Shown: piece by piece, positions 59,901 through 64,000 of the stretch
Layout: the number at the start of each line of letters is the position of its first letter
How positions within the stretch are numbered: position 1 is the first letter of the stretch
Origin: Bacilli bacterium
GTDB lineage: Bacteria; Bacillota_I; Bacilli_A; ML615J-28; CAG-313
Direction: 5' to 3'
Assembly: GCA_900752975.1 (NCBI GenBank)
Contig: CAADXH010000018.1
Span: 124,695 to 188,694 of the forward strand
DNA: 64,000 bases
The notes under the pieces: model-generated
Told to the model about the DNA's origin: nothing
The model's input: the letters and a program-made list of their open reading frames with translations, nothing else
Database searches by the model: none
Program-made: the position numbers and the translations under genes

Positions 59901-62900
59901 AAGACGACGATGATACCAGTTCTTCTAGTAATAGTGGTTCTTCCAGTAGCCCAACTCATCGGTCAAAACCGAGAAGATTTATAGATTCTGATACAAGACA
60001 ATATATTTATAATGAAAATACTAATTTAAGATATAACCCCGACACAGCAACTACTTCAGAACAATATGCAACTAAACGAGAAAATTTTATAAATCATTTT
60101 AAATATAGACAAACTAGAGATAGATGGACTTGGGGTGAGGTCCAAGCAACCAATTCGTTGGCAAATTATCAAAAAATGCGTAATCACCAAAAAAATCAAT
60201 ATGAAGTAATACGTCAAGGAGATGAATATGTAAAAATTACTTCAGATGCAGAAAGAGCAAAATCAAAACAAAATTTAATTAACGAATTATCTGCTAAGAT
60301 TCAAAATCAAGAAAATGCTATTACTCAATATAATAAAATGCAAGAAAGAAAAGAAGAATTAGAAAATAGATTAGAAGAAATACGTGAAGAATTGGCAGAT
60401 ACTGATCCAACTGATGTTGTAACTAGACATAAACTTGAAAAAGAAAAAAGTGATGTTATCAGTCAACTCAATAGTACAACTGGATGGATAAGTAAACAAA
60501 AAAGCAATATAGTCAAAACTAAAAATAATCTGGAAGCAAATAAAAATAAGTTACAAAAGATTCAAAATTCTGTAACTAGAATAAAGAGAATGGCCGTTGG
60601 TGGTATTAATAAAACTGGACGACCATTCCAATCTGTATTATCTGCTGGTGAATTACATAACGGTGTGCCTGTTCCATCTATGGGTATTTATACTGTTAAT
60701 CCTGGTGATGTTATTGTTAACCCAGCCAATAGTTCTACTAGAATGAAACAAGCAACGGCAGAAAAAAATTATCTTAATAATATTAGAAGAAATGCAGAAG
60801 CAAATGATAAATTAACTGCAGCTCCAGAAGAAGCATCAAAGAAAGATGATAAAAACACTGAAAAAGATGCTAATAAAATGGCAGAGCTAATGACAAATAG
60901 AGACTGGACTACATTAACCAGTAAAGAACAAAGAGCAGAATTCTTAGGAAATGTTGCTTCTAGAGGTCTTATTGGTGGTGGATTAGGTCTTCTCGTTGGT
61001 GGTCCTTTATTAGGTGCAGCTGTTGGTGCAGCATCTTCATTGACAAAATCTACTGATGCTTTCTCTAGTCTATTATTCGGTAAAGCAATCAAGGATAAAG
61101 ATGGAAATGTAAAAGTAGATGAAAAAGGAAATATCGAAAGAGAAGATAATGGACTTATTAGTAAAGAAATTATGAAGGCAATGCCAGATGTAAAGAAATT
61201 TAGTCTTGGCGGTGCACTTGCTGGATTGATAACTCCTCTTGGTCCAATCGGTGGTATTATTGCTGGTTCTGCATTAGGTTTCGCTAAGAATTCTGAAATG
61301 TTCCAAGGTTCTCTGTTTGGTGACGGTGGTGTATTCTCAGATAAAAATATCAATAAGATTAAGAAAGGTGCTAAGAATATTGGTGCTGGTGCAATCATTG
61401 GTGCTCTTGCATTACCTGGTCCATTTGGTATTTTAGGTAACGCTCTTATTGGTGCTACTGCAGGCTATATTACTTCTACTGATAAATTTAAAGATGCTTT
61501 ACTTGGTGAAAAGATTGACCCTAATGATCCTAATAGTAAACGTAAAGGTGGTATTGTTGGTAGAATCAAAATGGAAATGGTTCCATTAAAGGATTTCGGA
61601 ATGCATCTTCGTGATAATATTATGGATGAAATATTCGGTAAAGATGAAGGTGAAGGACGTAAAGGTGGATTATTTGGTGCTATCAGAGATAATATGGTTA
61701 CACCACTTATTGAAGGTAGTAAATCTGTATTCCAATCTTTATCAAATAGTGTTTCTGATATGGCTCATTTACTTGGTGATACATATAAGAAACTTAGGGC
61801 AAGATGGGTTGGAAATGATTTCTTTGGTGGAGCAATTGAAAAGCTTGATTCTCTATCAGGTGGTCTTATTAAAGGTGCTGGTAGTATTGGTAGAGCAATG
61901 ACAAAACCATTTAGACTTCTCGGTGAAGATGGTATTGGTGGTGCACTTACTGCCGGTAGAATTAGAAAAGGTACAGAAATCGGTAAGACCGCTAGAGAAA
62001 GAATGATTTTCAGAACAAAACATAAGTTAGGTCAAGATGATAAATTCTATAACTCTGATAAAGCGATGTCTAATATGTCTCAAGATGACTTAATGGTAGC
62101 TCAGACTCTATTACAATTTGGTGATAGTAGAGACAATATTGATAAAGCTAGAGATGAAGATTATAGAGTTCTTGGACAAACTTTAAGAGAAAATCTAAAT
62201 AGATCTGATTCTAAAAAGATTGTCAAGATGATCAAAGAAGGAGATATTGCTGGTGCTCAAAGATTTGCTAGAACTAGAAAAGCATCTGATGAAGCAAAAT
62301 CAAATGTAGCATCTATGATAGCTAGGCATCAGAATAAACTTGAACAGTATAAGAAAGCTAGTGACAGAATTAATAATTCTGGTAAAACAGCTCAAGAGTT
62401 ATTAAACGAAATTGGCTTAAATGTAGATACAAGTGATGCTTCTTCTGTAAGATATATGCAGAAGCAATTGCAAAGAGAAATTGCTCATAACAATGCTGGT
62501 TTAACAGATGAAGAAATCGAATATGATAAGGTTAGAGAAATTTGGGCTGACCCAGATAAATCTCCTTTGAAGAATGTAAATACTGGTGTATCTGGAATTC
62601 TTGATCAATTAAAAGGTATTTATGCTGAAATTAAATTAGGAAATGAATATGACAAACTATCAAATTCTGAGAAAGCAGAATATAATAGTAAAGATGATTA
62701 TATTAATAAGAATAAAGCAAAACTGGCAGCTGAGCCTGAATCTGAATCTGTCGAAAAAACAAATATCGGTAAAGCTGGTAATTTAGCAGATGCTGTTCAT
62801 GTTAATCCACAGACGAATCTGTATCAAAAAATGAAAGCTGTAAAAGACCAAGAAAAGATTAAACATCTTCGTGAGATTGCTGATAGAGGTGTTAGAATGT

Positions 62901-64000
62901 TTAACAACGCTATCATTGCAGAACTTAATGATCCTGAGAAAGTAAAGGTTGATATTGAAGAACAATTTGGAGAAGGTAAAGACGAATACTCTCCTGCAAA
63001 AGCAATTAAAAGAGAAATGACTATTGAAAAGTTTGAGAAAACTTATACTTTCACAGTTTCTTATATATGCACGAATAAAGGTGATATTAAAGTTCCAACT
63101 GATCAAGAAGAAGATTTTGAACAAAACAGAGATCAATTTGTAAGTGATTATATGGAACGCTTTATGCCAAAAGAAACCGCTATCGATAGAGCATTTGATA
63201 AGATTCCTAGTCTTACATTCGGAAATATTATTAAGAGTTCTATTAAAGCTGCTGGTGTATTAGGTATTGCTAGTTTGTTCCCTCTTGGTGCAGTGGTTGG
63301 ACTTCCTGCATTAGGTGCTCTCAAAGTTGGTAAATGGGCAGCTAAGAAATTCGATGTTAAAGGAAAAATAAAGCGTGCTAAAAATAAATTAGTTCGTGGT
63401 ATTAAACATAAACTAGGTTCTCATGAACTAGATATGGATTCAAAACATCAACAAAAGAAAGATGAAAAATATAGAAGCAAAGCTAGAAAAGAACTATTAA
63501 AAGCTATTGACAATGATGATCCAGCATTGAATGATTTATCAAATGAAATGTATGGTTCTGATTATCAAGACCTAAGTGAAGATGAAAAGAAGGAAGTTAA
63601 TCATCAATTCATTGAAAACTATGTATCTGGTAAGCGTTCTAAACAATTAAGTGGTCACGGACTTGTTGGTAATATAAAAGCTGCTGGTCGAAACATTAAG
63701 TCTGGTGTTAAAAATGCAGTTGCTGGTAGTTTGAAATTCGTTAAAGCTAAGAAAGAAAAAGCTCAGCAAGAAGAAACATTCCTTGGAAAGTTTTTTGATA
63801 GACTTGATAAATGGAACTTAAAGAGAGAAAGAAAACTTGTAGATGGTAAGAAAGACAGTAAACTAGCAAAGATTCTGAAATGGTTATTTGTTGGTGGTAT
63901 TGCTGCTCCAATTATCGTAGGTTTCGTAAAAAATAAAATAGTTCCAGCCGTTCAAGAAAAAATTGCTCCATTCTTAAAGAAAGTCGGACAGAAAGTTATC
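56942..64000 (+). CDS. giant protein of more than 2350 aa, truncated by the window end; tape-measure-like / giant virion protein
   Basis: SD AAAGGAGGA precedes MAVSVQKYIKNMAKS.... No complete + strand ORF of 60 aa or more is listed in this frame from 56942 to the end, which implies one continuous frame. It carries coiled-coil K/E-rich stretches and Gly-rich hydrophobic blocks (GLIGGGLGLLVGGPLLGAAVGAAS; IGAGAIIGALALPGPFGILGNALIGATAG) typical of tape-measure proteins. Confidence 0.6.
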   Translation, partial: MAVSVQKYIKNMAKSVAYTTSDVLQTKFEYVKEFKDENKEVFKEVYHSVHDYRTTFARVKKAITNNKIIDAARVGYDSVLYSITTGDFYAKNRENEISEKYGGSIMADLDIDDDDFNWDNEDISTGEKVIATAVKKNSKINTALTVEAIAKTGKAQMDVAKENTMLLYTQNERMLNKLDTGFENVLGFLKQNGEQTAKIQNQMNENLNKFMTNVDNNVAKLTAQMDELLKMQRNMYNPQKQEEQNKRAGYDDLISRGGVLNIREYAKHVKRQAFNTLNSLTGNGLSMLLGDTTGENSNLLAQFAATPFRSTMATLMNKALGARFDKAAAELNTTLAGIIPSLIAKMNNAGKKSDNGIMGFLGKIFGIKDKSNETINPGAYNKGAIPFDGITKRAITDVIPYYLRKMTSALTGGQEMTYNYESGRWMTVRSLLAEHKNVNESALNSTTSTLLSILESNMNGRRLSNSFENKKDYDSFMNALRQYASRVQNAGGDVGSIKESDLRGAEREVHNALRHVLQISYGGYNNAAYNGDRRYVERNGKRVESGLGRSAISTLSTTVREQIKSQNSTIKSINAGNSILYQIDAEGLAGVDPKNFIGKAMQYNQHGDMTDRYVQELPMSQSLLRAKDEYGYTIYNYLRDMGGSLRFIKANSIYLAGIEALGNLVAAGNSSKRGKKRRKSNSSPSQENWDRLFNASSNQDVKYDNKKDEKYSHTYYQDQYKKSVDNSEVSYKKNIQNAKKRAAEKGKSFETATSTDFRSSDDEIGLARIMMGAESDIVAGAIVEEEKRKKKESDERWKKLEDIFGSDRAKKFREASEKFNKEQTLSKNMEKVKDQGFGANLVMFTKWASDKVGKPGDLMADNILKIDYWLQKVIYGEDLRPEDQKTSFFGHIKKEIRDGFTLVSDKISETFEKVRDKIKPYLEKPMNFLFGKPNSEGIREGGVFGGFIGGMQKGLRKNAEDVAKYVKEQAAEKARKLKSSLKPEDREDDDDTSSSSNSGSSSSPTHRSKPRRFIDSDTRQYIYNENTNLRYNPDTATTSEQYATKRENFINHFKYRQTRDRWTWGEVQATNSLANYQKMRNHQKNQYEVIRQGDEYVKITSDAERAKSKQNLINELSAKIQNQENAITQYNKMQERKEELENRLEEIREELADTDPTDVVTRHKLEKEKSDVISQLNSTTGWISKQKSNIVKTKNNLEANKNKLQKIQNSVTRIKRMAVGGINKTGRPFQSVLSAGELHNGVPVPSMGIYTVNPGDVIVNPANSSTRMKQATAEKNYLNNIRRNAEANDKLTAAPEEASKKDDKNTEKDANKMAELMTNRDWTTLTSKEQRAEFLGNVASRGLIGGGLGLLVGGPLLGAAVGAASSLTKSTDAFSSLLFGKAIKDKDGNVKVDEKGNIEREDNGLISKEIMKAMPDVKKFSLGGALAGLITPLGPIGGIIAGSALGFAKNSEMFQGSLFGDGGVFSDKNINKIKKGAKNIGAGAIIGALALPGPFGILGNALIGATAGYITSTDKFKDALLGEKIDPNDPNSKRKGGIVGRIKMEMVPLKDFGMHLRDNIMDEIFGKDEGEGRKGGLFGAIRDNMVTPLIEGSKSVFQSLSNSVSDMAHLLGDTYKKLRARWVGNDFFGGAIEKLDSLSGGLIKGAGSIGRAMTKPFRLLGEDGIGGALTAGRIRKGTEIGKTARERMIFRTKHKLGQDDKFYNSDKAMSNMSQDDLMVAQTLLQFGDSRDNIDKARDEDYRVLGQTLRENLNRSDSKKIVKMIKEGDIAGAQRFARTRKASDEAKSNVASMIARHQNKLEQYKKASDRINNSGKTAQELLNEIGLNVDTSDASSVRYMQKQLQREIAHNNAGLTDEEIEYDKVREIWADPDKSPLKNVNTGVSGILDQLKGIYAEIKLGNEYDKLSNSEKAEYNSKDDYINKNKAKLAAEPESESVEKTNIGKAGNLADAVHVNPQTNLYQKMKAVKDQEKIKHLREIADRGVRMFNNAIIAELNDPEKVKVDIEEQFGEGKDEYSPAKAIKREMTIEKFEKTYTFTVSYICTNKGDIKVPTDQEEDFEQNRDQFVSDYMERFMPKETAIDRAFDKIPSLTFGNIIKSSIKAAGVLGIASLFPLGAVVGLPALGALKVGKWAAKKFDVKGKIKRAKNKLVRGIKHKLGSHELDMDSKHQQKKDEKYRSKARKELLKAIDNDDPALNDLSNEMYGSDYQDLSEDEKKEVNHQFIENYVSGKRSKQLSGHGLVGNIKAAGRNIKSGVKNAVAGSLKFVKAKKEKAQQEETFLGKFFDRLDKWNLKRERKLVDGKKDSKLAKILKWLFVGGIAAPIIVGFVKNKIVPAVQEKIAPFLKKVGQKVI

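Noticed and set aside
57205-63136. Minus-strand ORFs (57205-57432, 57655-58044, 59146-59535, 60769-61398, 62783-63136) and small plus-strand ORFs 59049-59240 and 61611-61901
   Set aside because: All lie within or antisense to the continuous giant ORF starting at 56942. The Pro/Ala/Phe-rich antisense frames are typical shadows of Gly/Lys/Glu-rich coding sequence.

Overview
AT-rich (~30% GC) phage-like DNA with Firmicutes-type Shine-Dalgarno sites (AGGAGG) and blocks of genes that switch strand about every 2-10 kb, mostly separated by hairpin terminators. By motif I recognise: an anaerobic class III ribonucleotide reductase gene (nrdD) split by a 338-nt ORF-less group I intron (1-1969, minus strand); a family B DNA polymerase encoded as two genes 16 kb apart on opposite strands (exonuclease + motif A at 35805-37841 minus; motifs B, C and KKxY at 54003-56102 plus); two fragments of a multisubunit RNA polymerase beta-prime subunit (18918-20717, containing the DYDGD catalytic loop; 51011-53227, containing the trigger loop); a zinc-ribbon/TOPRIM primase; an SF2 helicase; an XRE-type helix-turn-helix regulator; a tail-fibre-like repeat protein; a candidate major capsid protein followed by an HExxH metalloprotease-like protein; and a protein of more than 2350 aa that runs off the window end (tape-measure-like). 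Together this points to a jumbo phage of a low-GC Gram-positive host; I cannot name it. The most unusual non-coding signal is a ~170-bp bidirectional promoter + structured-leader cassette present as a near-perfect inverted repeat (21066-21232 / 34505-34672) flanking a 13.3-kb virion-gene block. Its promoter half recurs at 56834-56877 and, in shortened form, at 11173-11205. A second inverted repeat (~95 bp; 5417-5510 versus 55378-55470) is a piece of the polymerase thumb-coding sequence captured at the 3' end of one of two tandem paralogous genes. Most products are hypothetical. Coordinates of starts were adjusted to the nearest Shine-Dalgarno-supported start codon where the ORF track over-extended.
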